64,000 nucleotides of DNA from Eutreptiella sp. 'Long Island Sound 2002' (GCA_964036045.1 OZ038379.1:57908001-57972000), one strand, 5' to 3'. Counted from the first letter of the stretch, positions 24,921 to 38,472 are shown. Translations and numbers: made by a program. The notes: generated from the sequence alone by a model not told the origin.

Positions 24921-26899
24921 CGCTTTGATGAGTTGCATGGGACCTAGGGTGATCCACTTGTAGTTACATCCACACGCTGGCACCATTGTATGCCCCCCCC
25001 CCCCCCTCCGAAAAGGGTTGCCACGCCAAGGTGTGGTTGTTACTCAATGCACACCGAGCACAAGCATCACTGACACATGGTGAAGAATGCAAGCCATCTT
25101 GACGTTGTGCAGGTGCCAGCAGTAAAGGGATTCACGGGGACTCTAGATCAAGAATTTTTGCCAACCTGGCACCAAGTGTTGGTGCTGCGGAGGGGGGTTG
25201 AGGCAACGGTTGCGCTTGCTAACAAGGATATGATGGATACCATTTGTCACCCCATAGAGCTGGGTGTCGCGCCCACCTGGTGCTTCCACCCCGCGTTCCC
25301 CTCGCGAAGCAGCCGTGAGAGTTGTACAGCATCTATGTGAAATTCGTGTGAAATTCCTGCCAGATTTGTGCAAAATGATTGCACACTTCGTGGTACACAT
25401 CACCCACGTCGAAATACGGCCCCTTCGGGCTAAATTCGCGAGAAAATCGCATGCAATGTGTTTACGCAACCATTTATACAGCCCAAATGGATACCTTCAA
25501 CGTCACACCGGAATGTGATAAAACCACAACGCTGATTTTGCTTGCTACGGGAGCTTGCAAGCAGGGGCAGCGTTGACCAGTTGCCATGCCGCTGCTCGGC
25601 GCGTTGGTGGGATGACACCGCCGAGGGCAAAACGGGTGGTGGCGTCCGCGTAGAAGGGCCGAGTCTTGCAGACCGCAAGCTGGTAGGGTCCCCGCCCGAA
25701 AATAACTTTGCCTTCCGCGACCGGGGGGTGGGCGATGTAGGCAGGAGAACTTCAATTTCCCTTCCGAACTGAGAGGCGATTCAAGCGCCATACCGAGCAG
25801 CACCCTAACAAGGCGGCTGCGCAGCAGACAGCTCGCACCGGTCCCAACTAGCTCGCAGTCCGGCCCGGAGCCCCGGGCCGCGTCCGAACCCGAGCCCGAT
25901 GCGCAATCGTGGCATCGGGGACACAGGGTACAGCGGGCGCCAGCTTGACAGGCTGGGTGTTTCCCCACAGGAGGGCACGCCGGTTGCCGGGAAGGCGCCG
26001 CTGCTCCCGGGGAGGGGGGACAATTTTTTGGACATGTACCATGGTCCACATGTTTGCTCGTGAGTGTGGGGATACGGGAATGGGGCCTCGTCATCACAGT
26101 GGGTTATCCTGCCTACGCAGCTGTCCCACTAGGGTTCGCACTTGTCCTATGGGTAGGGATGGTAGAGGCTCCGCCCCCATGTCAGTCTCGTTGTAGCACG
26201 TTGTTGCCCATGACCTACTCGGCATCGTGGGTGAGCCCAAAGCACGCAATCTGCATGGGCGTCTGACGTGCCCCGCATGGCCAATGCATCCAGCCCTCAC
26301 CGCAGTGTCTGAAGGTCCTACGGTGGGAAAGGCATAGGATGGCCCCCGCATCCCGGTGCCCCACCAACCCCCGCAGCCAGTCTGTCACCGTGGACGTCAC
26401 CGGCGACAAGCAGGCGAAGCTTGTGGACTTCGTGCGCAACCTCCACCGATTCTCCGGTAGCTTGGGCGCCCAAAGAATAAGAAGTCGCCGGAGGGGACGG
26501 TAAGAGAGTGGGAGGAGAGGGCGCAGGACGTAAGGGCAAAGGCGGGCTGTAGAGGGTGGCATCACCGGAGGCGTTGCTGGAGAAGGCCAATAAAAAGGTG
26601 GAGGAGAAGCACAACGTGGTGGCTGACCGGGAGTGGGTGGTGGAGGGGTTTGACAGGTGGGTGGAGGACTTGAGGGAAAGGGGGGGGCTAGAGGTGAAGG
26701 AGGAGAGGGAAGAAGGAGTGGGGGGAGTAGGAGGCAGAGGTGAAGAAGGAGGTCGGAGCGAAGGGCATGCCAACAACCTCCCGTCCCCGCCCTCCTTCCC
26801 CCCCAACCCTCCCCCGCCTAATCTCCAGCACCTCCTCCACATCATCCACTCCCGAGGACTTGCAAGCGACAGGGAGGCGAGGGGCTTGCAATAGAGGAG

Positions 26900-29800
26900 G
26901 AGGAAGAGGGGCATGGGGTTGCAGTTCGGCGAGAGGGCGCGCCGTGGGGTGGTGGGAGGTAGGGCTGTTGGGGCGGGCGCGGGGTTGTTGCGGTTTTGTC
27001 CGTGCTTGGGCGAGCTGGGCGACAACCGCATTGTTTGCATTTGTCGCAGCACACACAATGGGATGTGTGTTTCCCACCCCTTCTTGCCTGCATGGCGTCC
27101 CTCCCTTAGCATGGAACCCGGTGGACACCCATGCACGACGATGGCTATGGAGTTTGTTGACCGGCAAGCTAAGGAGGCTTCTCCTTCGGTCCATGAGGCT
27201 TTCTAAGGCCTCCTTTCCAAGACGCTGGCAAAGTAGAGCGTTTATGGGGTAGCTTCCCCGGACGTGGAAGAAAAGACCAATTTTTACGAGGCGTTGCCAG
27301 ATACTGCAAGGTGCCTCGGCATTACGACGGGCTGGGCCAAGTACAAGGCCATCACAAAAATGTGGGACCTCCAATAGGCCCTCAATTGGACATACCAAAG
27401 TCCCGTTCCCTAGAACTGTGCCTCAGCGGCAAAGGATTTCCACCTACTCTGCACCATTGGCACTGCATCATGGCATCTATTGAGCCTTGGGTATGACATA
27501 GATGCTATGTTGCAAAATATTTCGTGGTTTTGGGGTGGCAACCTTTTGTGGGGACATTTCGCAGAGCATCAACCGCTGTTGTGAACCATCGGCACAAGGA
27601 GCATAGCAAGCGAAGGGGGGGGGGATTGTTTCACGGGGATGAGGTGCAAAAGATCTCGGGGCGTAGGTGGTCTGCTATCCATAGGGACACTAGTGTGCAA
27701 ATACAGTGCGAAACATGGCTTGTTGCATAATTGCATGTGTCTAGGGCTGTCAAGTGCTAAATGCACAAGTCAACGAAGGCACCAGGCCATTGCAAGATGG
27801 GTTGCATATTGCAACCGCCGTCTTGCAAGGAAGGCGTCCCAAGGAGGAAGGCCGTGTAATGAGCGTCGTCGCCCCGCCTAGTCCGGTGGATATTTCTACT
27901 CTGCCAAGCCTTCTTTTCGGCTTTCCAAGTCCCTTCAGTGAGCATGGAGCCCGCTCAAGGGTATTTGGACACCCCTATCACCCTCCTTGTCCACCGTTTG
28001 TCCCCTGCAAGGCTTGCATTGGCCTCCTCCTTGGCGACCACCCAATTCACGAAGTCGGTATCGATGACCTCTTGAATCGCGTAAACAAGAGACATTGGTG
28101 GTGGTTAGTTTCGTTCCCATCTAGGCCAACCTATCCTCTGTGGAACGGTGCCCAAGGCTATCTAGTACAAATCCTGAGCCGCCAATGAGCACTCTGCGAA
28201 AAGAACACCTTCCAATGGCCCCTCCAAAAAGACCCAAGGATTTCCATGGCCTCATCATCACATCTCGTTATGCTCAACATCCAAAGTCCCACAAAGAAGC
28301 GGGCCAAGCGGGCAAAATTAGCCAAGGCGATGGTGAGTTGGGTCCAATTGCCTGAAGCAAAGGGGTAGGCTTGTCTCCTGATGATGAATGTCAACGGGAA
28401 GGAGAGGACAATGGAGCTCACTAAATGCGGCCGGGAGACAATGCACTTGACCATAAGGATTTATAAGTTCCGACTTTCACGTTCTGGTCTGCGTTGCAGT
28501 CCTCATGCGCGAGGCCTCGCGCAAAAAAAAGCCCAGAAACTATATTTTTTGTACCATTCGGATGCGTTCGCATCTGATAGCGCTCGTTCACAAACGTCAC
28601 TGAAGCCATGTGTACCTAAGTTGTCATTGATTCATTCAAATTTGCCAGAAGCCGGCACCCCGGGGAGGCGCGAAAACTCTTCTTGAGCTTGGTTAGGTGC
28701 TGCGCTAAGCAGATTGCTTCCCCAGGCACCTTCTTTCTCCGAGTATCCGACATCATCTTGATTATTGGTGTGGTTTGCAGTACATTGCATTTTACTCGCG
28801 GCAAAATCAATTTTTGTGGCCCAAAAACACCCCCCAAAAAAAACCACGCATGGTAAATTTGTATTTTCTTTCCACAATTCAATTTGATTGATAGTCGACG
28901 GCGGGAAGATCAATTTTTCTTGAGCCAAAGCTACAAGGGTGGTCCCTGTCAAGCTCAAGGTCACATGTTGAGTGGACGTGCTTCGTGTGCCACCAGTGAC
29001 ATTCTTGTTTTTGCTTGAAACTTTCCAATGTTCTAGCCAGGAGTCATCAACAGCAATGCTGAAGGATGTACTCTGTGCAACACCTCCAACATATGTGCTC
29101 CTTTTGTTAGGAAGGCAACAACATTAGAAATGACTGCATAAATCATCAATTAGATTTCCAAGGCTTGTTTAGAGCGCTGAGTGTCCGCCCGCATAGACAC
29201 ATGGTACAATGTGATGAAGTCAACGATGCTTGTAATATTACTCTAGTTCAGCTGGCTGCTTGATTCGTAAATTGTACCATCATTACTTGTTTTTGGAGTG
29301 GCAACGAACTGTTGTATGTGCGAGGCCTCGCGCATAGATTCCCCCCAAAAATGCATTTTGTGTAGCCATTGGGACGCACAGGGGTGCAAATTCCTTACGT
29401 AGGAGTTTTTTTTGGTGTTTCAGAAACGGCTTGATTTTTTGCAAGCCAAAGAATGGCTTTTTGTGTGTTTTTTGACGCCCTGTATTTCTGGCACTTTCCG
29501 TCGTTTTATACCATGCCACTTGAGCCGCCTAAGCATAAGTCGAAGGGCCACCGGCCTTTGGCTATACCGTTGCAACGGCGTCATCCCATTCCACATGGCC
29601 CATTAACTCTTTCCAACGGACTTGGAAGTCCCGCTGTGTACAAAGAGGCCGGGTGTAGGAGCCACCGGGGATGGTGCACCGATACTCTAACCAGCAGAGT
29701 GTGTACAGGTCCGTGAGGGTTCCCCAAGAAGACTTCGGGCCATGCAAGTTGAGCACTAGCTCGCACATGGCGGTTGGGTAGAGTATGGAGGCGGCATATG

Positions 29801-30158
29801 CTTCAACGGCGCCCTTGCACACCTCACCCGTAGTGGCGGGGGGGGTGGCGGCGGTGATGTGTTGGATAGCATTATTCAATTGCCGCCATGCTAAGGGCCA
29901 AGATAGGTCCCACGTGGCCAAGTACTGGCCCACGTGGTCATCCTTGAGCCCCGTAGCCCCACTTAAATCCCATAGTGCCCTAGACAATAGGGAGGGGTGC
30001 TCCCTGCTTCCGAATGCGGCAAGCCGGGTAGTGACGGGACGTTTCATTAGAATGAAATACCAAAAATCTACGCGTGAGAGAGGGGAATATGCAACGATGC
30101 ACCATAAGCAATAGCAAGCATGCATGGCAAGGCCACAACATGGCACTTCGTGGTTCAT
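26900..30158 (-). pseudogene. DDE transposase-like pseudogene, paralog of 49263-51410, split by a 1.08 kb insertion and an intron
   Basis: 29562..30158 aligns to the N-terminus of ORF 50547..51410; 28158..28454 gives SFPLTFIIRRQAYPFASGNWTQL; intron 28208-28081; exon resumes AIQEVIDT...ASLAGDKRWTRRVIGV...AGSMLTEGTW; later KEALES. Confidence 0.8.
28458..29533. mobile_element. 1076 bp insertion flanked by CATAAG direct repeats, containing two GC palindromes
   Basis: cataag at 28452-28457 and 29534-29539; removing the insert rejoins WPFDL to VKCIVSRP (1 nt offset), matching WPWASWLRYIASQP of the paralog. Confidence 0.7.
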
Positions 30159-31087
30159 ATTATGTTGTTCTCGTATTTATCTACTCTAGGCTACAACACC
30201 CAAACAATCTAGTTCTAGGCTCTAGGCTCGAGCAACATTGGGTTTTTTGGTGTGTACCTAGGCTTTGGAGCATCAAGAGTTCCAAAAGGTTGGCATATAG
30301 GCAGCTAGCCCTAGATCCTAGGGCCTAGATGCCTTGGTCGGCAACATAGACCGACAAGAAAGGGAGGTTATTGAAGCAGGGTGCAGCCCGGGTGGAGACC
30401 ATCTTGGCAAAATTGGTGTAGGTGCCCTTTTCCCGGATTACTGTTGGCATTGGAGGCGAAGCGCGGGGGCATACGTGGTAGAAACGGTATTCCCGATGCA
30501 CACGCTCATAAAGAAGGGATAACGGCATAGCCGGAAGGTGGCGGTAGATTACGCGACAACCCCACAATAACCTGGTGGTGGTGGATGCAAACCAGCTGCC
30601 CATACTCCCTCGTAATCTACGTCCCGGATGTTGCGCACAAGCGGCTATGGAAAGGCTTCGGCCGGGCGAAGTGGGACAACGGGCCTAAGGGGGTAGAGCA
30701 GGAGTGGATCGTGCAGCGAAGGACATCATCGCCTTGGATGCTTTTGCAAGGCACCAACAGCAATGGTGTGCATTGTTGGCATTATCGCACAAAAAAACCT
30801 CCCCCGGGGACAGATCTGTGGATTCAGGTGGACATCGAGCGACCCATGGTGAAGGTGATGGTGTCATGGTGTCATGGTGTCATTTGCCAGGTCCGGCCCC
30901 CTCAGGAGCGGTTGCCTGCGGTCCCAGCCAGGCCATAGCAGCAAAATACCGTAGCAAGTGCAATGCCATGTCGCGCAGCGCACACACCCCCTCCCCCCCT
31001 TGTTCACTCTCTGTCCAAGGCCGCACGGCCCAAGCAGTCCCGCACGGGCCCCATGGCTCCGATGATGCGGAAGTTCTTCTCTTGTGC

Positions 31088-31955
31088 TCAGGCACACACC
31101 CAATTCCTTCACCTTTGCCAAAAGTGATACATTCTGCATGGGCGCACACCCAATGCCTTCAGTTCTGCCAAAAGTAATAAATTTCGCATGCTCACACGCC
31201 CAACACCTTCAGTTCTGCCATAAGTAATACATTCCACATGCGCACACGTCGAATGCCGTCAGTTTTGCTACATGGGCACACGGCCATTGCCTTCAGTTAT
31301 GCCAAAAGTAATGAATTATGCATGGGCACACGCCCAATGCCTCCAGTTGTGCCAAAAGTAACATATTCTGCATCGGCACACACCCAATGCCTTCAGTTCT
31401 GCCAAAAGTAATAAATTTCGCATGCTCACACGCCCAACACCTTGAGTTCTACCACAAGTAATACATTCCACATGGGGACGCGCCCGGTGCCATCAGTTTT
31501 CCTACATGGGCATAGGGCCATTGCCTTCAGTTCTGCCAAAAGTAATAAATTATGCATGGGCACACGCCCAATGCCTCCACTTCTGCCAAAAGTAACATAT
31601 TCCAATGGGCACACGCCCAATGCCTTCAGTTCTGCCAAAAGTAATAAACTCTGCATGGGCACATGCCCAAAGCTTTCAGTTCTGCCAAAAGTAATAAATT
31701 CTGCATGGGCACACACCCAATGCCTTCAATTATGCCAAGAGTAATAAGTTCTGCATCGGCACACGCTCAATGCCTTCAGCTCTGCCACAAGTAATACATT
31801 CCACATGGGGCACACGCCCAATGCTTGCAGTTCTTCTGCACGGGCACGCGCCCAAGGTCTTTAGTTTTGCCAAAAGTAATATATTCCGCATGCGCACACA
31901 CCCAAATCCTTGTGTCTGCCAGAAGCAATAAATTCTGCACGGGCACACACCCAGT
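31088..31955. repeat. 50 bp minisatellite with 234 bp higher-order repeat
   Basis: Unit catgggcacacgcccaatgccttcagttctgccaaaagtaataaattctg; the variant aaatttcgcatgctcacacgcccaacac recurs 234 bp apart (31186, 31420). Confidence 0.95.
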
Positions 31956-33819
31956 GCCTTCACTTCTATCGCACCACACGGCGGGGCTCCGGGCCACAAA
32001 GCTGTCTATGGTCGCACAACTTCACATATGCGGGTCACCGGAGCTGTGACTCATCACACGACCAACCACTAAATGAGAAATCTAGGGCTTAGCCCAAGCA
32101 CCGCGGCACCTCTTCTGAGATGCCGCAAGCACTGGAGCACTCCTTCTCAGATGCTGCAAGTACTGCAGCTCTCTTTCTCTTCCGCATGGTAGCAGTCTAG
32201 GAGCTGCAGCTGCTGCAGTGCAGCTTGACACCGTCAGCCCCCATTCCCTTATCCATCCAGGTACTATGGGGGGGTACCGCCGCCCACTGCACCCGCCGCA
32301 CGGCGGGCCCTAGTGCCGCAGAGCTGTCCATGGCCAACCGGCGTCACATATGCGGTGTGCTTGGGCTCAGGCTGATCGCATCACCAGCAAAAAGACTCAA
32401 CCCGGAAACCGAGCTCCCGGGACTGCAAACGGGGGTGAAGGTGATAGGTCGTGACTATGAACCTCCGAAATTGGTTCCAACGCGGTTGGAGCTGCTGTTG
32501 GCGCAAGTGGGGCAGGTTAGGGACAACATGAACCTGCCGATGGCAGCCAACATGATGATGGAGGGGATGTTTGTGCTATTGTCGGGGTGTTGGGTACGTT
32601 GAAGAGCGAGTCGACGTCGGTGGTCACGTCCACAAAGTCTTTCGTGAGTGACGAACTATTGGCAAAGGGTGTCGGAGAAGGTGGGGAAATCCGTGAACCG
32701 GAACAAGTTTGTTGCGAGTGCGTACCGGACTCAATGGCCCCCGCTCTCATTCATGGGGATGTAGTTCCGGATAAAGGTGACTTTCTCCAAATTATTAGGG
32801 ATTGGGAACATAGTTGTGTTAGCATGGTGTGGCATATTCGTAACATACAACGAAATGCCCCTACTCAATCAACGCTTGCCCCATAGCCATCGCTTGCTTT
32901 TTTGGTTGCCAAAGACCTCCAAACTCTTGTCTCACCGTCCGGAAAATCGTTTCGCCTGCCCACGGTGGCGGGGCTTGTGCATGGTCGTGCATGGGGGGCA
33001 CCATGCTTGTGGGTTTGGGGGAGTACCACGGTATGCTGCAGAGTATGATGTGTAAGTTTGTAGAGTGATTGTTTTTGGTCAATGTGTTTGCCCGAAAAGG
33101 CGGTGGGATACTTGAGGATCATGTTGGACAATCGAGGGTTAACGCGTCCAAGTTTGCCATTTGGGTGGAGGATGAACTACTAGGCTGTTTGGGCCACAAT
33201 TAGGTACAAAAATTTCAATTATGCACCCGGAGATCCAGAGCTAGCACGCGGCGGAGTTGTACGTTTTGGAGAAGGCGGTAAGGATAGCATGTAATGTGAA
33301 GTGCAGGCTTTTGATGACAACAAGTCGGTCATTTGCCAGCCAATGGCATGCAAATGCCCAACTAGCATGGTTGTCCCAGCTCGAATTGTCGTACGAATTT
33401 CTTACCGGATACACAAGTTTGAGGTGGTGGTATTTGTGCATTGGCTGCTCAGCAAGATGCAACCTGCTAGTCCACTAAGCAGTTTGCAAGGCTAGCCCCG
33501 CAAACTTGTCTGAATTATAATGTTGTTAAAAAAATACAGTTGGAATTTTGAATTTTGTCTTTTTTGGACATCTTCCCTTTTTGATTACAATTTCTTTTGT
33601 GAACAACTTGTGTTGTGCTATTTTCGTACAACACCGCTTGTTGTGTGTGGCCTATGGCACGCTTTGGTGTGCACCGTTGGTAGTCGGGAGGTGTTGAGGA
33701 AGGCATGGTATTGGTGCACCCTGCATGCCCTTGTTTACTTAGTCCCATACTTATTTGCTCTCCCTTTGTGCACTGCAAAAATTAGCACAGCCAAAATTCA
33801 CCTGTATGGGTTGGCCGTG

Positions 33820-34514
33820 ATTGCGGAGTTTTTAGCAACGTTGGTTCGCCTCTCCGGGGTCACAAACCTCTTAGATCCACTTGTGGGCCACGTGCTAGCC
33901 CACTAGTCCTTCTTCTTGCCCCACTACAAGGCTAGATGGGGTGGAAGCCACCATGAATGATTGCCACCAACTCACGCGCAGTGTGGAGAAGGCAGGCACG
34001 TGCCTCTATGCCGAGAATTTTATGCCTCCCATCGTGTGTGTTGAACTTGTTGTGCGCTGGAAAGCCCCCAAGTCCAGCTTACACGTCCATGTCGCACTTC
34101 TTCACTTGGTAGGGTCTTCCATACTCATTTAAGACCAAGCTGTTGGTATTGCGGCCACTTTGCACGCGGGAGGCCCTTAACGTCGAGTGGGGAGCTCTTT
34201 GCCAACCAATGCAACTCGCACCCCCCCGTTACCGCCCACACCCTAGTGTCCTTGGGTGGCTCATGGCCCCTTCCCTCATGGGTCTACTACATTGACTCGC
34301 TCCCGGTTTTCCGCAGCACCATCGATTGGTCACAATCCCTCATTTTGATTGTGTGGTGTGATGCATACCCTTGCGCAAGGTTTAGCTGGAGCCTCTTGGG
34401 CGTCGCCTTGGCCAGTCGCGGGGCCAACCCGCGTACTAATGGGTAATCGGGATGGCGGCACGCAGGGATAAGGATATGGTTCAACTGGGCGCCATTTCGC
34501 GGGTCAACCTCCAA
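33820..34514 (+). pseudogene. DDE transposase-like pseudogene exon 1 (paralog of 49263-51410)
   Basis: LYAENFMPPIVCVELVVRWKAPKSS, IDWSQSLILIVWCDAYPCARFSWSLL, WVIGMAARRDKDMVQLGAISRVNLQ, then GT at 34515 at the same intron position as the paralogs. Confidence 0.8.
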
Positions 34515-35939
34515 GTACCTTGCTAGTGCTCCATTGATGCCCCGCTGTTTTTTTTTTTGAAGGTTCAAACTTCAAAAATTCTGTTAGAAAATGCGCGTTG
34601 CCGTCGGAACTGGTTTTTTAATTAAAAAAAAGGATTTGAACGTTCAAATTTTCGGTTTTTTTTTACATTCTCGAGCACATCTACAACACGGGTTGCTTTG
34701 TGTCGGCCGTTGTTGACAGGTCCGCCACCGTACGTTGCGCTGCGGACGATGGGTTGAGCAACAACAAAGGCACTCTACACATCGCGATGTTGCCCATCAC
34801 CAAGCCTACCTTTAGCACGGCCATAGCATGCAAAATGCGTGTCGTGTTGATGACCATCTGCTCCGATGGCCCGGGACCACGTTTTTGTGTGCATCTTGCA
34901 CTGCATCATGATAATTCGGTGCTTCACAATGCAGTTCTCGGAGGGGCTCTGCGAGGAACGTGGACGAAGTTCCGCAGGAGTGCAGGCAGTCCGGCACGGC
35001 GCGTGGACTGTGGGGTGTCTTGGGTCGACCGCTTCTGCTCATGGGGACGAGTTGTACCACCTCATACAGGCATGGGAGTAGCCGCGAGATGTGTGCTTCA
35101 TGGAGGTGAGCCACCCGGCTCGCGACCCCATCTCGGACATGTGTGAGTTGTTGTTGCAACTGTCCCGCAAATTCTAGTTGGGGCCCCTTGCGGTGTTCTG
35201 CGAGGAAGGGGGTCGGTTTCGCGCGCACGTGGCCCCGTCCTTGGGGTCACACTATCTACTATTCTTTGAGGAGGATTGCGACCCCTTCACTTGCAAGGCG
35301 CGGTAGCCACTACCAAGCTTGCGGGGCAGCGGACGTGACATGAGTCTGCCGCCCCTTCCGGTCAGTAGTAGCAAGTTGGCAGCCAGCTGGCCCATCCACC
35401 TAATCCCTTTAAGTTGTTGGAGTTTGTTGGCGGAAGCGGCTGAAGTGCTCAGCGGGTTGTTCAGCACAGCCCTGTACGAGTACTATCTCCACCGACATGC
35501 AGTTGATAGGTCGAACGCCGCCGCCACAAATGCTGCTTTGTGCCGGACTAGACCGTGTGTATGGGGGGCCTGCTCTCCTATGTGGCGCAACAACCCAGCT
35601 CCCAGGCTGCTACGGGCGAGTCCCGGGTGCGACCCTCGCGCACCCCGAGTCGTCGCGGCGGTACCCACGAGCGGACGACAACCTCGAGGACGGCGCCTGC
35701 ATAGTCCATAGGCTGCTCCTCTTTTTGGGGGGGCTAGGGGGCACGCTTGTACGGTGATAGACATTAGAGCGGTGGGGCTAGTTGGGGCTGGGAGGGCGAG
35801 GGTGTGAGGGGTGCTACCGAGTGACACCCCCTTGGACGGGGTGGCGGTCGCCCGTGAGCAGCTCTCCGTGGAAGGTAATCCTAAGGCCCCAAGCCTGTGC
35901 GTCCTACGCTCTGGACTGTGGCAATGTGTGAGGCCCATG

Positions 35940-36522
35940 CACCTTGGCAAAGCTCGCATGGCTCGCTAGCCTCCCAAGTCCTTGCTCCATTCTCATGTGG
36001 CGATGCCCCGTTTGCACCCTGATGCCGCTGGCGATTGCACACCCCCAAGGCCCACAATCAGATTGGGGAAGGGATGTTGCGGCGAGTCCGGGTGCGCGAG
36101 CCGTTTGCCCGGTTCCACTAGCATAGGGACAAGCAGGGTGTGCACATGGGCTCCTCACTCCACCACGTGTTTCAGGGCCACGATCCTCGCCATTCCATCA
36201 GCGTAGGAGCGTAGCGTGGGAGTCACGATGCACGGCGGTGCCTTGCAGCGCTTCTCGCTGGACGGGCAGTAGCGGTGGTTGGACGGGTCGGAGGCCCGGC
36301 TATTCCCCACCCGCGGCGTGTCACATGTCACCACCTCATACCCGTCGTCCTCCGCGAGTTCACGGCTGCTTGCCGGCCGTGCTCCATGCCATGTGGGCCC
36401 CCCTCACAATTTGCTCCCGCCGTGCGGCACGCTGGGCCCACAGACGAAAAGTGCGGCTCTTTTGTAGCTACTGGGTGACTTGGTGCAACACCATCTTCAC
36501 TCAATCCCAATGTGCGCGTTGA
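35940..36522 (+). pseudogene. Tyrosine recombinase remnant (DIRS/Ngaro/VIPER- or Crypton-type)
   Basis: LAWLASL...IL(RV)GD near 35950; PHNL-RRAARWAH (HxxRR, needs a frameshift) at ~36405; W-x-x-W motif at ~36475. Degenerate. Confidence 0.4.
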
Positions 36523-37809
36523 CACCCGTTGTGCCCCCGGCCACCCCCCCCCCCCGAACCCCCGCTGCCCTACCATGTGCTCTAACCCGAGTACGATGAT
36601 TGTGCCCCCTTCTGCAGCCACGCGGCCCCCTGATTTGCCACCGCCTTAGCATGTCTTCTGCCCCGAGTATGCCCACAATGCCCCCTCTCCAATGTTTTAC
36701 CCCCCCCCCCCTACGCCCCGATGACCTCCATGTGTGGCCGACAAGTGCCGGGCTGGGCGCCTTCTTGGTTGCCGAGATAGCCGCCGTGCGCCACCTTTGG
36801 GCGCCGTCTCCGTGCCCTTCGATGTCTCTTGTGGCCTGATTTGGGGCGTGCCTCTGCCTTGTAACGTGCGTATGCATGTTTCATTGTTTCTCTATATTAG
36901 GTTGTCTCCAGTGGGGGTTTTTTGCTACCAATGTGTGCCTGTGTGACCCATGCATGTCGCCATTGACCTGCTGAGGACCCTTGGAACTTGCCTTGAGCGC
37001 GGTATGGCCGCGCTCTGTGGCCTTGACGAGCGACCTCCGGGGGCTTTCCATTTGTCCCGCTCCGGTTGGTGAATCGGGGGGGCCCTGCTAGCATGAAGGG
37101 TGTGGGTTTCGCTTGCAACGGGACTTTGTTGTGGACTGCGGCGGTTGCGAGCCGCCCAAGGGCGGGGTGCTTCAGTTGGGCCACTTGCTGCGTCGGCAAC
37201 TCATTGTTGTGCAATAGCGGCTTCCTTTGTTTGCCCGCCTTTGGTCCTATGCGTGCGGGGATTCAGCCTGCCCCGGTGCGCCCTCCCGTCCCTTCGCCCC
37301 ATCCTTTGCAGGTCATTTCCGACTTCAACAACCTTGGTGGATCGTCACAGCTTGGCCAACAAGCCTGAGGTTGCTTGTGCAGTCGCATGTGTCTACAAGG
37401 TGTCTGCAAGGTGGCTGCGCCCACTAAGTGCACTGCCACACACGAGCCCGCCAAGGTGGGCGTCCCGGGGATCCCGCTAACCCAAGCGGTTGTCCGGGGT
37501 TTTGGGGTGTGGTTCTTTGTGTTGCGCAGGGCGACCGAGCCCATGGATCGCGTGGTGCTCTCCACTGTGCACCCAATCTTCTCATGAATCTCCATGAAAG
37601 AGCTTCTGACCTAGCTGCGCAACGAAATGCGAGTTTGGTCCCCGGACGAGGAGCTCGTCTTCATGGCCCACGTTGCGGCGGGGGACCAATGGCCACAAGG
37701 TGCGGAGGACTTCCATGTTGCGGCCCACGGCGACCCTGGCGCCATTCCGCTGATCCTCAACTAGGCCCCCCTCCCGTCGGCCTTCCCGAGGATCAAGGCC
37801 ACCCTCTCC

Positions 37810-38472
37810 TTGCTAGGTTTTTGTTATGCCCTGTGTGTTGTGTGCGCTAGCTGGGCCCGCTACACGGTGTCCTCGGATGGGTTTGTGGACGAGGCCGGCC
37901 TCCCAACGCACCTGACCGCGGATGCTGACACCCTTCGGTCTATAGTAGGCTCGCTACACGCTGTTGTCAAGCTTGCCCCTCTCTTTCCATTGCGGACTGC
38001 CGTCCATGCCTCTCAGTTGGCCGAGTTTGCCATTGGTCTTGCTGCGGACAAGAAACTTGGGCCGGGGTTTGTGCCCCCGTCTCTCCCTTCGGCCCGGCCA
38101 CAATTGGGGGCCCCGGCGGTGTGCACACACCTACTGCTGTTGGTCGATGAGTTTGGAGCCCACTGCCAGCGCCTTCCCGCGGAGTCCGCTGACGCGGCGG
38201 GGCCGACCCGCACTTCTTCTTCGAAAGTGTGCCCAATGCTCGCTCCTTGCCGTGCTCCTCCGCGTCCAGGACAAGCCGGAGCTCACGTGCCTATTGTTGG
38301 CCCAAGCTCCCTACTTTGGCACCGATCCAGTGGCGGTACAGGGACAACCTTGCGCTTGGAAGTCCAAGGTGATTCCAAGGTGCTCATCGGGGTGTTGGTG
38401 GGTGGCTACTTTGAGACCTTCTGTGAATGGATGGTCTCCCAAGTTGCCGCCCTAGCCCCAAACATTGACTAG
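37810..38472 (+). CDS. Hypothetical 220 aa ORF, probably element-derived
   Basis: Open frame with protein-like composition; non-ATG start; no family recognised. Confidence 0.25.
   Translation: MLGFCYALCVVCASWARYTVSSDGFVDEAGLPTHLTADADTLRSIVGSLHAVVKLAPLFPLRTAVHASQLAEFAIGLAADKKLGPGFVPPSLPSARPQLGAPAVCTHLLLLVDEFGAHCQRLPAESADAAGPTRTSSSKVCPMLAPCRAPPRPGQAGAHVPIVGPSSLLWHRSSGGTGTTLRLEVQGDSKVLIGVLVGGYFETFCEWMVSQVAALAPNID

Noticed and set aside
28458-29533. Insert as a spliceosomal or euglenid non-conventional intron
   Set aside because: No GT-AG ends on the gene strand, no end pairing with CAG/CTG, and removal leaves a 1 nt frameshift.
31088-31955. CRISPR-like array
   Set aside because: Units are contiguous with no unique spacers and there are no cas genes; it is a minisatellite.
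32587-33200. DNA polymerase A-like motif (TLVSPSGKSFRLP)
   Set aside because: Isolated weak resemblance with no motif A or C; the region may be an unknown decayed gene.
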